NCBI GenBank assembly: GCA_964567855.1
Contig: CAZMOE010000003.1
Coordinates: forward strand, 64,622 to 128,621
Length of the DNA: 64,000 nucleotides
Source: an uncultured Prevotellaceae bacterium
GTDB lineage: Bacteria; Bacteroidota; Bacteroidia; Bacteroidales; UBA3663
Direction of reading: 5' to 3'
Every line of letters begins with the position of its first letter. The first letter of the stretch is position 1. This document shows positions 10,197 through 20,144 of the stretch, piece by piece. Below the pieces are notes generated by a model. That model was given only the letters and a program-made list of their open reading frames with translations. It did not search any database and was not told the DNA's origin. A program made the translations under genes and the position numbers.

Positions 10197-11747
10197 ATGG
10201 CAACACAGGAAGATGTATTCAAGAAACTGGTTTCCCATTGTAAGGAATATGGTTTCGTTTTCCCTTCGAGTGAAATTTACGACGGCCTCGGTGCCGTTTA
10301 CGATTACGGACAGAACGGCGTAGAGCTTAAAAACAATATCAAACAATATTGGTGGCGCGCCATGACGTTGTTGCATGAAAACATCGTCGGCATCGATTCC
10401 GCCATCTTCATGCACCCGACCATCTGGAAAGCCTCCGGTCATGTCGATGCCTTCAACGATCCGCTCATCGACAACCGCGACTCCAAAAAGCGTTATCGCG
10501 CCGACGTCCTCATCGAAGAACAGCTTGCCAAGATCGAAGACAAAATCAGAAAGGAAGTGGAAAAGGCCGCCAAGAAGTTCGGCGACGCTTTCGATGAAGC
10601 CAAATTCCGCGAAACGAATCCTCGCGTGCTTGAAAACCAGGCCAAATGGACCGCATTGCATCAACGTTACAGCGACGCCATGAATAAAATGGATCTCGAC
10701 GAGCTGAAACAGATCATCGTCGATGAAGGCATCGTCTGCCCTATCAGCGGAACCAAAAACTGGACCGATGTACGTCAGTTCAACCTCATGTTCTCTACCG
10801 AAATGGGGTCCACAGCCGACGGAGCCATGAAAATTTATCTCCGCCCCGAGACTGCACAGGGCATTTTCGTCAACTTCCTCAACGTCCAGAAGACAGGACG
10901 TATGAAACTTCCCTTCGGTATCGCCCAAATCGGCAAGGCATTCCGCAACGAGATCGTTGCCCGCCAATTCATTTTCCGTATGCGCGAATTCGAGCAGATG
11001 GAAATGCAATTCTTCGTAAAGCCGGGCTCCGAACTCGAATGGTTTGCCAAGTGGAAAGAAACGCGACTGAAGTGGCACAAAGCGCTCGGTTTCGGCGACA
11101 ACATGTATCGTTATCACGATCATGAGAAGCTGGCCCACTATGCCAACGCAGCCACCGACATCGAATTCAACATGCCTTTCGGCTTCAAGGAAGTGGAAGG
11201 CATTCATAGCCGCACCAATTTCGACCTTTCGCAGCACGCCAAATATTCAGGCAAAAAGATCGAATATTTCGACCCGGAAAGCAATGAGAGCTATACTCCC
11301 TATGTCATTGAAACATCTATCGGCGTAGACCGTATGTTCCTCTCCGTCATGGCAGCGTCATACAAAGAAGAGCAGCTTGATAACGGCGAAAGCCGCGTGG
11401 TTCTTTCCTTACCTCCGGCATTGGCTCCCGTAAAAGTCGCCGTGCTCCCTCTGATCAAGAAAGACGGTCTTCCGGAAAAAGCAGAAGAGATCATGAAGGA
11501 ACTTCGCTACGACTACACCTGCCAATTGGACATCAAGGATTCCATCGGCAAACGCTACCGTCGTCAGGATGCCATTGGAACGCCCTATTGCGTGACTGTC
11601 GACCATCAGACTCTCGAAGACAATACCGTTACACTGCGTTACCGCGACACCATGCAGCAGGAACGCGTAGCAGTCAGCGACCTTCACAAAATCATCGGCG
11701 ATTCTGTGAACATCTCTTCCCTGTTACGCAAAATCGAAAACGACTGA
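10197..11747 (+). CDS. glyQS: Glycine--tRNA ligase (dimeric class II, GlyQS type)
   Basis: The start was set to ATG 10197 (MATQEDVFKKLVSHCKEYGFVFPSSEIYDG) because the track start at 10161 is a TTG. Class II motifs are present (FRNEI...RMREFEQMEMQFF, ETSIGVDR), along with a C-terminal anticodon-binding domain. Confidence 0.95.
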   Translation: MATQEDVFKKLVSHCKEYGFVFPSSEIYDGLGAVYDYGQNGVELKNNIKQYWWRAMTLLHENIVGIDSAIFMHPTIWKASGHVDAFNDPLIDNRDSKKRYRADVLIEEQLAKIEDKIRKEVEKAAKKFGDAFDEAKFRETNPRVLENQAKWTALHQRYSDAMNKMDLDELKQIIVDEGIVCPISGTKNWTDVRQFNLMFSTEMGSTADGAMKIYLRPETAQGIFVNFLNVQKTGRMKLPFGIAQIGKAFRNEIVARQFIFRMREFEQMEMQFFVKPGSELEWFAKWKETRLKWHKALGFGDNMYRYHDHEKLAHYANAATDIEFNMPFGFKEVEGIHSRTNFDLSQHAKYSGKKIEYFDPESNESYTPYVIETSIGVDRMFLSVMAASYKEEQLDNGESRVVLSLPPALAPVKVAVLPLIKKDGLPEKAEEIMKELRYDYTCQLDIKDSIGKRYRRQDAIGTPYCVTVDHQTLEDNTVTLRYRDTMQQERVAVSDLHKIIGDSVNISSLLRKIEND

Positions 11748-11785
11748 TACGGCATAATACATCCTTAATTTATCCGGACAAGCCC

Positions 11786-12451
11786 ATGAAACTATTTGGT
11801 TTATATCTCAGTCTGCTGGTCGCTCCGCTCTTCATGGCATGTCATGATGATGACGACAGCATAGACTACAGCAAATACTATGGCTGGCGCGACAAAAACG
11901 ACGAGCTCTTCGACCGAATGAGTTCATACCTGTCTGCCGAGGGCAAGAACGCCTACTTTCACGACAGCATCCGTTCGCTGAGCAATGCGGAGTGCGCCAC
12001 GTTCTACCGCGTTATCCGCCCGGCCAACGAAGACAGTCTCCGTGCCATCGGACGTTGGTACACACCTTATTATACCAGTAACTTGCGTGTGCACTATACT
12101 CTCTACGACACAAAATCGGTCATGAACATGCTGCCCTCCGATGCCTCTGCATTCAATGCCACCACCACTATGGACTCCATCTTCTTCGACAGTGCGGCAA
12201 AAGCTGACACGTTGCAGTCCATGCAGGTCCAGTTTTATGAAAACTTCACCTGCGGAGATGTTGTAGAGGGATGGGGCGACGTGCTCCAGAACATGCATAT
12301 CGGAGACTGCTGGTTAGTCGCCATTCCATGGCAATGCGGATACGGAATGAGTGGAAAAATTTCTTCCGGCATCGACCCTTATTCCACACTCTTCTTCCGC
12401 ATCGAACTTTGCGACATCATCTGGTGGGGCGGCGTTATCGAGACCCCATGA
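11786..12451 (+). CDS. Lipoprotein with a C-terminal FKBP-type peptidyl-prolyl isomerase-like domain
   Basis: The start was set to ATG 11786 (MKLFGLYLSLLVAPLFMAC, lipobox). The C-terminus VVEGWGDVLQNMHIGDCWLVAIPWQCGYG...STLFFRIEL resembles the FKBP core (I.GW...L..M..G....IP..L.YG....L.F.IEL). Confidence 0.55.
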   Translation: MKLFGLYLSLLVAPLFMACHDDDDSIDYSKYYGWRDKNDELFDRMSSYLSAEGKNAYFHDSIRSLSNAECATFYRVIRPANEDSLRAIGRWYTPYYTSNLRVHYTLYDTKSVMNMLPSDASAFNATTTMDSIFFDSAAKADTLQSMQVQFYENFTCGDVVEGWGDVLQNMHIGDCWLVAIPWQCGYGMSGKISSGIDPYSTLFFRIELCDIIWWGGVIETP

Positions 12452-12542
12452 GACTTTATCTTGAGGCCTGAGCCCCCTGAAACTGGAGACAAAAAGGCCT
12501 ACATATAAGATAGTATCTGAAAAACACACTTATAAACTCATG

Positions 12543-12580
12543 CCGGGCGCAATTGGAAATCAATAATCCATTGCGCCCGG
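12543..12580. terminator. Hairpin terminator between the convergent FKBP-like gene and polA
   Basis: CCGGGCGCAAT(T)GG pairs with CCATTGCGCCCGG. It is followed by TATCATTTTCC on the plus strand. Confidence 0.6.
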
Positions 12581-12665
12581 TATCATTTTCCAAGGTCAAC
12601 ATCACACGCGTATCCCGGCAACCGTTCCGGTCACAACACACGGTCCTCCATCCAGTCAGGAGATA

Positions 12666-15653
12666 TCAATGTGCCTCCATCCAGTTGTCCCCGCAGCCGC
12701 AGTCGGCAATCAAAGGCACGCGCATCGTACAAGCCCCGGCCATTTCCTCCAATACCAGCTGCTTCAAGCGCTCCAATTCCTCGGCCGGAACGCTAAAATT
12801 CAACTCATCATGCACCTGGATAAGTAATTTGGCATGTAACTGCTCCCGTCGGATACGCCGGGCAATGCGGACCATGGCAATCTTGATGATATCGGCCGCA
12901 GAACCTTGAATCGGAGCATTGATAGCATTCCGTTCGGCGTAACCGCGCACCGTGGCATTATGAGAATGGATATCGGGCAACATCCGCTTGCGGCCGAAAA
13001 TAGTTTCGACATAGCCTTTTTCGCGTGCCATCTCGATGCTTTGATCCATATATTCGCGTACTTTGGGATAGGTAGCGAAATAACCGTCGATCAGCTCCTT
13101 GGCCTCGCTGCGCGGAATATTGAGCCGGCTGGCCAGCCCGAATACGCTGATACCGTAAATAATGCCGAAGTTAGCCGTCTTGGCTTTGGTGCGTTGCAGT
13201 TTGGAGACCTCGGCGATAGGCAGATGATAGATCTTCGCTGCTGTGGCCGCATGGATATCCTCCCCGCTGAAAAAGGCCTCCGTCATGGCCGGATCACCGC
13301 TGAGGTGGGCCATGATGCGCAACTCGATCTGACTGTAGTCAGCACTGAAGAAGACGCACCCTTCATCGGGAATGAAAGCCTTGCGCAGTTCACGTCCCAT
13401 CTCATCCCGGATAGGAATATTCTGCAAATTGGGATTCGATGACGACAGCCGCCCGGTGGAGGTCACCGTCTGGTTGAACGATGTATGGATCCGTCCGGTA
13501 GCAGGGTTCACCATGGCCGGCAAAGCCTCCACATAGGTACTGAGCAACTTCTTTACACCCCGATAGTTGAGGATTCCCTCCACAATGGGCGACCGATCCT
13601 TAAGTTTCTGCAACACCTCTTCCGACGTGACATACTGCCCTGTCCGTGTTTTCTTGGCCTTGGGATCCAGCTTCATTTCATCGAAAAGCACTTCACCCAC
13701 CATTTTCGGCGATAACGGGTTAAACGGATGTCCGGCCCATTCGGTGAGCTGCGTTTCCATCTTCCTCAGCTCTTCGTTCAAGATACTTTCCGTCTCTTTC
13801 AGCGCCCCCGTATCCAGACGTACTCCCGCCAGTTCCATATCGGCTAACACGGTTGCCAGAGGCATTTCTATTTCATAAAAAAGCTGCGTCAACTTCTGTT
13901 TCTTAAGTTCCGCACGGAAAATTTCGGCCAGGCGGAACGTCACATCCGAATCCTCGCAACAATATTGCATCACCTGTTCGACCGGAAGGTCCCGCATCGT
14001 AAAAAGAGCCTCCCCCTTCTTCGCTTTCTTTTTGGCATCCTCTCCCAGCAACGCCGTCGTGGGAATAGGCCGATATTGCAGATAGACCTCTGACAGATAA
14101 TCCATGCCATGACGCATTTCCGGCTGCATCAGATAGTGCGCTATCATCGTGTCGAACAATGGCCCGCAGACCTCAACGCCGTACCGCTTCAATACCGAAT
14201 AATCATATTTCACGTTCTGCGCTATCTTCTCCACCCCTTCGTTTTCAAACAACGGGCGAAGCTCCTCCACGACTGCCTGTGCCGCCTCCGGTTCGGCAGG
14301 AACCGGCACATACCATGCTCTATGCCCCCCGACGGCAAAACTGATACCCACCAATTCCGCCTCCATCACATCCAGCGATGTGGTTTCGGTATCGAAGGCC
14401 CAGCTCTCACAAAAAAACAACTGCTGAATAAGGTCCGCACGAGACTCCGGCGTATCACACAACACATAATGCGTCTGCACGCTCTCAATACCCGGCAACG
14501 GAGAAACGGCGATCTCCTCATCCAAAGCGGCACTTCCATCCAAAACGGTATCGCCGGTACTCTCAATCCCGCCGCCGGTATCGCCGGCGCTGCCGGAAGT
14601 ATTGTCTTCCGATTCGGTTCCCGCCTCATCCGCGTCACCGAACAACGACCCCATACCATCGGCACTCCGAACCGGCGCAGACTTCCGGCGTCCGGCCCCG
14701 GCATTCCGGTCGGACACCGCAACAGTGACACCGCTTGCTGCGACCGTACCACTACCGCCGGAAGCAGCACCGCCAGACACTCGGTTACCGATCACTTTGG
14801 CGGCCAACTGACGAAATTCCAGTTCATCGAACACCGCCTGCAATGCAGGGTAATCCGGCTCCTTGCAGGCCATCGCGGCCTCATCCAATTCAACCGGAAC
14901 ATCCCGGCAGATGGTCGCCAGAAATTTGGAGTCACGGATCTGCTGCTCGTTTTCCATTACTTTTTTCTGCAAGGCACCTTTCAGCTGCCCGGTATGTTCC
15001 AACAAACCCTCGATACTATCAAAATCGGCAATCAGCTTCTGCGCCGTTTTCAAGCCGACACCGGGACATCCGGGAATGTTATCCGACGCGTCGCCCATCA
15101 AGCCCAACAGGTCAATTACCTGACCGACCCGTTTCAGGTCATACTTGGCCAGCACCTCAGGAACGCCCATCACATCGAAGCCGGGACCAAACGACTTCGG
15201 TCGATACATAAACGTCCGCTCGCTGACCAGTTGCGCATAATCTTTATCGGGCGTCATCATGAAAGTAATAAAATCTCCCTGCTCATCGGCCTTCCGCGCC
15301 AGCGTGCCGATCACATCATCGGCCTCATAACCGGCTACTTCAATGATAGGAATACGGTAGGCCTCCAGAATACGTTTCACATACGGAACGGCCAAAGTAA
15401 TATCCTCCGGCTGAGCCTCCCGCTGGGCCTTGTAGGACTCAAATGCCTTATGACGGAATGTCCCGCCGGCAGGATCGAAACAGACGGCAATATGCGAGGG
15501 CTTCTCTTTGGACAGCACTTCCTGCAAGGTATTGACAAAACCCATGACGGCCGAAGTATTCATCCCCTTGCTATTGACACGCGGGGTCTTGATAAATGCG
15601 TAATAGGCACGATAAATCAATGCAAAGGCATCGAGAAGAAATAATTTTTTCAT
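12666..15653 (-). CDS. polA: DNA polymerase I
   Basis: 995 aa. N-terminal 5'-3' exonuclease (LLDAFALIYRAYYAF, GYEADDVIG), a 3'-5' exo domain, and Pol A motifs (DYSQIELR, KAKTANFGIIYG, QVHDEL). Confidence 0.97.
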   Translation of the reverse strand: MKKLFLLDAFALIYRAYYAFIKTPRVNSKGMNTSAVMGFVNTLQEVLSKEKPSHIAVCFDPAGGTFRHKAFESYKAQREAQPEDITLAVPYVKRILEAYRIPIIEVAGYEADDVIGTLARKADEQGDFITFMMTPDKDYAQLVSERTFMYRPKSFGPGFDVMGVPEVLAKYDLKRVGQVIDLLGLMGDASDNIPGCPGVGLKTAQKLIADFDSIEGLLEHTGQLKGALQKKVMENEQQIRDSKFLATICRDVPVELDEAAMACKEPDYPALQAVFDELEFRQLAAKVIGNRVSGGAASGGSGTVAASGVTVAVSDRNAGAGRRKSAPVRSADGMGSLFGDADEAGTESEDNTSGSAGDTGGGIESTGDTVLDGSAALDEEIAVSPLPGIESVQTHYVLCDTPESRADLIQQLFFCESWAFDTETTSLDVMEAELVGISFAVGGHRAWYVPVPAEPEAAQAVVEELRPLFENEGVEKIAQNVKYDYSVLKRYGVEVCGPLFDTMIAHYLMQPEMRHGMDYLSEVYLQYRPIPTTALLGEDAKKKAKKGEALFTMRDLPVEQVMQYCCEDSDVTFRLAEIFRAELKKQKLTQLFYEIEMPLATVLADMELAGVRLDTGALKETESILNEELRKMETQLTEWAGHPFNPLSPKMVGEVLFDEMKLDPKAKKTRTGQYVTSEEVLQKLKDRSPIVEGILNYRGVKKLLSTYVEALPAMVNPATGRIHTSFNQTVTSTGRLSSSNPNLQNIPIRDEMGRELRKAFIPDEGCVFFSADYSQIELRIMAHLSGDPAMTEAFFSGEDIHAATAAKIYHLPIAEVSKLQRTKAKTANFGIIYGISVFGLASRLNIPRSEAKELIDGYFATYPKVREYMDQSIEMAREKGYVETIFGRKRMLPDIHSHNATVRGYAERNAINAPIQGSAADIIKIAMVRIARRIRREQLHAKLLIQVHDELNFSVPAEELERLKQLVLEEMAGACTMRVPLIADCGCGDNWMEAH

Positions 15654-15867
15654 GCAAGTGACAAGATAAGGACGGCCTGCAACGGCAAGCCGGATTTTTC
15701 GGGTGTAAAGATAATAAATATTTCCTCCGGTCGGGCAAAGCGGCGGCGATGAACGCTATTTTTCAAGCGATAAACGCCGGTAACCGCCGTCCCGGTTCCA
15801 ATATTCGGTCCGGCAAAACCGCTTATGTAAAAAAATCTGTAAATTCGCTCCCAGAAATCATTGTCAC

Positions 15868-18800
15868 ATGGTAAAACATCACATCCCGGCCTCAGTCGCC
15901 CGTACCCTGACTGCCTGTCTTCTGCTTATCAGTATTGTTTCCGCTCACCGGCTTATTGCCGGCGACGCTCCCCAGGTACACTATACCGGCCACACACTCA
16001 GCAACCCCTATCTCCACGACGGCGGCCTGTCGCCGGTCATCGGTACCCATTGTATCCAGGTCATGCGCGCCAACCGCTCCAAAACAGACGATGCCCACTG
16101 CCAGGGATGGACCTACAATCACCAGCCCATGCTCGCCCATTGGAACGGACGCTTCTACCTGCATTTCCTATCCGATCCGGCCAGTGAGCATATCCCACCC
16201 TCGGTCACCTGGTTCACCTCCTCCGCCGACGGCTATCATTGGGAGACCCCGCGAATCCTCTTCCCCGAATATCCGGTCCCCGACGGCTTCATGAAAGCAG
16301 GCGACAGCATCGCCGCGACCGGCACCAAGGCCGTGATGCATCAACGCGTCGGCTGGTATGTCAGCTCCAAGCAAACAGGTAGCCGTCTCCTCGCCATGGG
16401 AAACTACGGCATCTGTCTATATCCTAAAGACGATCCGAACGATGGCAACGGCATCGGTAGGGTTGTCCGTGAAATTTTTGCCGATGGCACCTTAGGTCCT
16501 ATCTATTTCCTCTACCTCAATCACGATTTCAGCAACAAGGGTGTCAGAGGTGGTCGCCGCACCGCCGGAAGCACCGCCTGGCCTATAGAATATCCTTACT
16601 TCACCGCCGCAAAGGACAAACAATTCCGTGCCGCCTGTCAGGAAATTCTCGACAACCCGCTCTATCGTATGCAATGGGTCGAGGAGGCCGACCGGCATGA
16701 CCCTCTTCTCCCGCTCGACAAACCCTACAAAGCATTCTGCTACTACACACTGCCCGATGACACGACCACGGTCGGCCTATGGAAACATGCACTCACTTCG
16801 TTCAGCACCGACGGCGGCCGGACATGGTCGGAAGCGGTTCATCGCGCCCCCGGCTTCGTCAACAGCAATGCCAAGATCTGGGGACAACGGCTCAGCGACG
16901 GCACGTATGCCACAGTTTACAACCCGGCGGAGTTCCGCTGGCCGCTGGCAGTGTCGACCAGTGTCGACGGAGAGGAATATACGACGCTGAACCTCGTTCA
17001 CGGGGAAATAACACCCATGCGCTACGGTGGCAATTACAAAAGCTACGGTCCCCAATATCCCCGCGGCATCCTGCCGGGCAACGGAGAGCTGCCTGATCTA
17101 TGGGTCAGCTACAGCGTCAACAAAGAAGATATATGGATTGCCCGCATCCCCGTTCCGGTAAGAAGCTCGGCCACTGCACATGCCGACGACGATTTCGAGC
17201 AACCCGAACAACTGAACCGCTGGAACCTCTACATGCCCGCCGAGGCCGCCATCCGGATCCAGGACGGCCGTCTCCTGCTGACAGACAGCGATCGCTTCGA
17301 CTTCGCCAAGGCCGAACGCATCATTCCGGCCACCCGACATCTCTCTGTCAGCTTCGACCTGACCGCCGGACAAACCGGACATGGTACTCTACAGGTCGAA
17401 TGGCTCGACAAACAGGGCACCCCCTGCAGCCGATTGGAATGGTGCGGCGCGGACAGTCTGCTGCGCATCAAGACCGGTGCCCGGTTCAACACACTGCAAC
17501 ACCACTTCCAAGCGGGAAAGACTTATCATATCGAAGCCCGGACAGACCTGAAACACCGTAATATCACCCTCTATATCGATGGGAAAAAACAGGGTCCGAA
17601 AATGTTGTTCGCACCCATAGAAAGCATCTCCCGCATCTGTTTCCGCACCGGAGAGCGTCGTTTTTTCCCCACACCGGAAACTCCTGCCGACAACTACGCC
17701 GATTTACCCGATGCCGGCGGACAAGATCCCTATGCATTCTGGCAGATCGACAATTTCAAGACCGAGGCCATCCCCGACGAAAGCAATCCGTTCGTCCACA
17801 ACGGTCTGCCCGGCCACCCCGGTACACTGCTTGACTTCAGCGATCTCGAAAGATATGTCTCCCGGTTCAACACCATGGAAGACGAGAATATCATCCAGGC
17901 CATCCCCAATGCCGAAGCAGCCGCATGGATGAAGGCCAATGTTCCCCTTTTTGAATGTCCCGATCCTGCTATGACCGAAATGTTCTACTATCGCTGGTGG
18001 ACCCTCCGCAAGCATCTGCGCGAAACGCCCGTCGGCTACGCGATGACCGAATTTCTGGTTCCACGTTCCTATGCCGATCAATACAACCTCATCTCCTGCG
18101 CTCTGGGGCACCACGTGACAGAAAGCCGCTGGCTGCGAGATACGACCTACCTGCACCAGTTCGTCCGGACATGGCTGCGCGGCAATGCGGGCGGCCCGAT
18201 GAAACGGCTCGACCAATACAGCAGCTGGCTACCCTATGCGCTGTGGCAGCAGGCAAAGGTCAGCGGTCAATGGAGATGGCTGCAGGAACTCCTGCCCGAT
18301 CTCGAAGACGATGTAAAAAGATGGGATTCCCTGCGCCTCCTGCCCGAAGGCCTTTACTGGCAGGCCGATGTAAAAGACGGCATGGAAGAAAGCATCAGTG
18401 GGGGCCGCAAGGTCAAAAACAGGCGACCATCGATCAATAGTTACATGTACGGTAATTTCGCGGCGTTATCCGACCTCTGTTCCCGCTCTCCGCTCCCGGA
18501 ACAGAAGGAGCAAGCGGCATATTACCGCCGCCGGGCACAGGAATTAAAACAACAGATAGAAAAAGAACTGTGGAGCCGACAGCTGAAATTCTTTTGCACA
18601 CTGACTGAAACCGATTCGATAGCAGCCGTCCGCGAGGCCATAGGCTTTATACCATGGTATTTCAATCTTCCCGACGATAACCGGGAATATGCCCATGCCT
18701 GGCGACAACTTACCGACCCGCAGGGATTCTCCGCCCCCTTCGGCCTGACTACCGCCGAACGCCGTCACCCGCAATTCCGCTCTCATGGCAGCGGCCGATG

Positions 18801-19323
18801 CGAATGGGACGGGGCAATCTGGCCCTTCGCTACATCCCAGACCCTCACCGCATTGGGCAATTACATCAATAATTATTCACTGCCCCCGGCCGAAGACTCT
18901 CTGCTGACGGCGGCGTTCTTCCGACAGATGCAACTCTACACGGAATCCCAATACCGCCGCGGCCGCCCCTACATCGGCGAATATTTAGATGAGACCGACG
19001 GACAATGGCTGATGGGAGACCGGGAACGTAGCCGTTACTACAATCATTCCACCTACAACGATCTGATCATTACCGGTCTGGTCGGTCTGCGCCCCGCCTC
19101 CGACAACCGACTTGTTATCCGCCCGTTGCTGCCGGCCGGTCAATGGAGTTACTTTTGCCTTGACGGCATCAACTATCACGGCCACCTGCTGACGATCTGC
19201 TGGGACGCCGACGGAAAACGCTATCATCAGGGACAGAGAATATCCGTATGGATCGACGGCAGCCTTGCAAAGCAACAATCCGACCTTGGAAAAATAGAGA
19301 TAACATTGCCCGGACAGCAATGA
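15868..19323 (+). CDS. Large secreted two-module glycosidase. It has an N-terminal sialidase-like beta-propeller (Asp-box), a central beta-sandwich, and a C-terminal (alpha/alpha)6 six-hairpin glycosidase. Architecture is possibly GH143/GH142-like.
   Basis: 1151 aa with a signal-like N-terminus. Asp-box SFSTDGGRTWSE. The C-terminal part (YYRWWTLRKH...FSAPFGLTTAERRHPQF...CEWDGAIWPFATSQTLTALGNY) resembles six-hairpin glycosidases. Family numbers are unverified. Confidence 0.6.
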   Translation: MVKHHIPASVARTLTACLLLISIVSAHRLIAGDAPQVHYTGHTLSNPYLHDGGLSPVIGTHCIQVMRANRSKTDDAHCQGWTYNHQPMLAHWNGRFYLHFLSDPASEHIPPSVTWFTSSADGYHWETPRILFPEYPVPDGFMKAGDSIAATGTKAVMHQRVGWYVSSKQTGSRLLAMGNYGICLYPKDDPNDGNGIGRVVREIFADGTLGPIYFLYLNHDFSNKGVRGGRRTAGSTAWPIEYPYFTAAKDKQFRAACQEILDNPLYRMQWVEEADRHDPLLPLDKPYKAFCYYTLPDDTTTVGLWKHALTSFSTDGGRTWSEAVHRAPGFVNSNAKIWGQRLSDGTYATVYNPAEFRWPLAVSTSVDGEEYTTLNLVHGEITPMRYGGNYKSYGPQYPRGILPGNGELPDLWVSYSVNKEDIWIARIPVPVRSSATAHADDDFEQPEQLNRWNLYMPAEAAIRIQDGRLLLTDSDRFDFAKAERIIPATRHLSVSFDLTAGQTGHGTLQVEWLDKQGTPCSRLEWCGADSLLRIKTGARFNTLQHHFQAGKTYHIEARTDLKHRNITLYIDGKKQGPKMLFAPIESISRICFRTGERRFFPTPETPADNYADLPDAGGQDPYAFWQIDNFKTEAIPDESNPFVHNGLPGHPGTLLDFSDLERYVSRFNTMEDENIIQAIPNAEAAAWMKANVPLFECPDPAMTEMFYYRWWTLRKHLRETPVGYAMTEFLVPRSYADQYNLISCALGHHVTESRWLRDTTYLHQFVRTWLRGNAGGPMKRLDQYSSWLPYALWQQAKVSGQWRWLQELLPDLEDDVKRWDSLRLLPEGLYWQADVKDGMEESISGGRKVKNRRPSINSYMYGNFAALSDLCSRSPLPEQKEQAAYYRRRAQELKQQIEKELWSRQLKFFCTLTETDSIAAVREAIGFIPWYFNLPDDNREYAHAWRQLTDPQGFSAPFGLTTAERRHPQFRSHGSGRCEWDGAIWPFATSQTLTALGNYINNYSLPPAEDSLLTAAFFRQMQLYTESQYRRGRPYIGEYLDETDGQWLMGDRERSRYYNHSTYNDLIITGLVGLRPASDNRLVIRPLLPAGQWSYFCLDGINYHGHLLTICWDADGKRYHQGQRISVWIDGSLAKQQSDLGKIEITLPGQQ

Positions 19324-19332
19324 CCCGGCAAC

Positions 19333-19379
19333 AAAATTTCTGCCCGGCCTGCCATGATGGCAAGCCGGGCAGAAATTTT
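19333..19379. terminator. Bidirectional intrinsic terminator
   Basis: A perfect 16-bp stem: AAAATTTCTGCCCGGC (19333-19348) pairs with GCCGGGCAGAAATTTT (19364-19379). It lies between convergent genes, with A/T runs on both sides. Confidence 0.8.
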
Positions 19380-19400
19380 ATCATATACCGCCACTGTCAT

Positions 19401-20144
19401 TCAAAGAACAAAGGTTTTCATATCCCCGAAGTAGGAAGACCATGCTGTATAGTCGCACCCCACGGGATAATGGAGCGACACCCGCGGCGATAGTCTTCCG
19501 AAAACCGACGGGCCAGACACATCCGGTGCAACCGGCGGCATAGCGACAATCGTTTTCAGCGATGCGCATCTGAAAAACGCCATCTCGCCCACCTGTTTCA
19601 CTCCGGCGGGAATGACAATCTGTTTCAGTGAAGTACATCCGATAAAACACTTGTTTTCAATCGTTTCAATCCCAGCAGGAAGGATCAGTGCCCGCAGACG
19701 GAAGCAATCTCTGAAAACGGCGGCGCCCAAATATGTCAAGGTATCCGGCAATATGACCTGCTTCAACGCCGAACAACCGGCAAATGCCCCGTCGCCGATC
19801 ATTTTCAGCCCCTCGGGAAGCGTCACGGAAAGCAACGCCGCACATCCTTGGAAAGCCGCCTTCCCGATTCTGGCGATTCCCGGAGAAAGGATAACAAAAA
19901 CCAGTGAGGAACTCCGGCAAAACGCTCCGTCGCCGACAGCGGCAACCCGATAGTTTCTGCCCTCATGCTCTACTGCGGCAGGCACGATAATCCTGTCACA
20001 ATATTCCTTGCTGCCCGCAACGACCTCCGCAACCGAATGAATGGCATCCAGCTTATAATAAATGCCACCAATCCTTACATCATATCCTCTCACACGCAAT
20101 TTTAAACGCAACGTGCGAAATAAAGTCCGCAACTTTGATTTCAT
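19401..20144 (-). CDS. Leucine-rich repeat protein (BspA-type LRR_5 repeats)
   Basis: 247 aa. The repeated pattern I(P/L).GV/L..IG..AF..C..L..V is typical of Bacteroidales BspA-like LRRs. No obvious signal peptide. Confidence 0.75.
   Translation of the reverse strand: MKSKLRTLFRTLRLKLRVRGYDVRIGGIYYKLDAIHSVAEVVAGSKEYCDRIIVPAAVEHEGRNYRVAAVGDGAFCRSSSLVFVILSPGIARIGKAAFQGCAALLSVTLPEGLKMIGDGAFAGCSALKQVILPDTLTYLGAAVFRDCFRLRALILPAGIETIENKCFIGCTSLKQIVIPAGVKQVGEMAFFRCASLKTIVAMPPVAPDVSGPSVFGRLSPRVSLHYPVGCDYTAWSSYFGDMKTFVL

Noticed and set aside
10131-11237. 368-aa ORF antisense to glyQS
   Set aside because: It lies entirely within, and opposite to, a confidently identified housekeeping gene. The composition is low-complexity and shadow-like. 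This is typical of antisense open frames in GC-rich coding DNA.
14109-15644. 511-aa ORF antisense to polA (also 14735-15211 and 14366-14770)
   Set aside because: These are shadow ORFs inside polA. They are R/Q/H-rich with implausible sequence and no start context.
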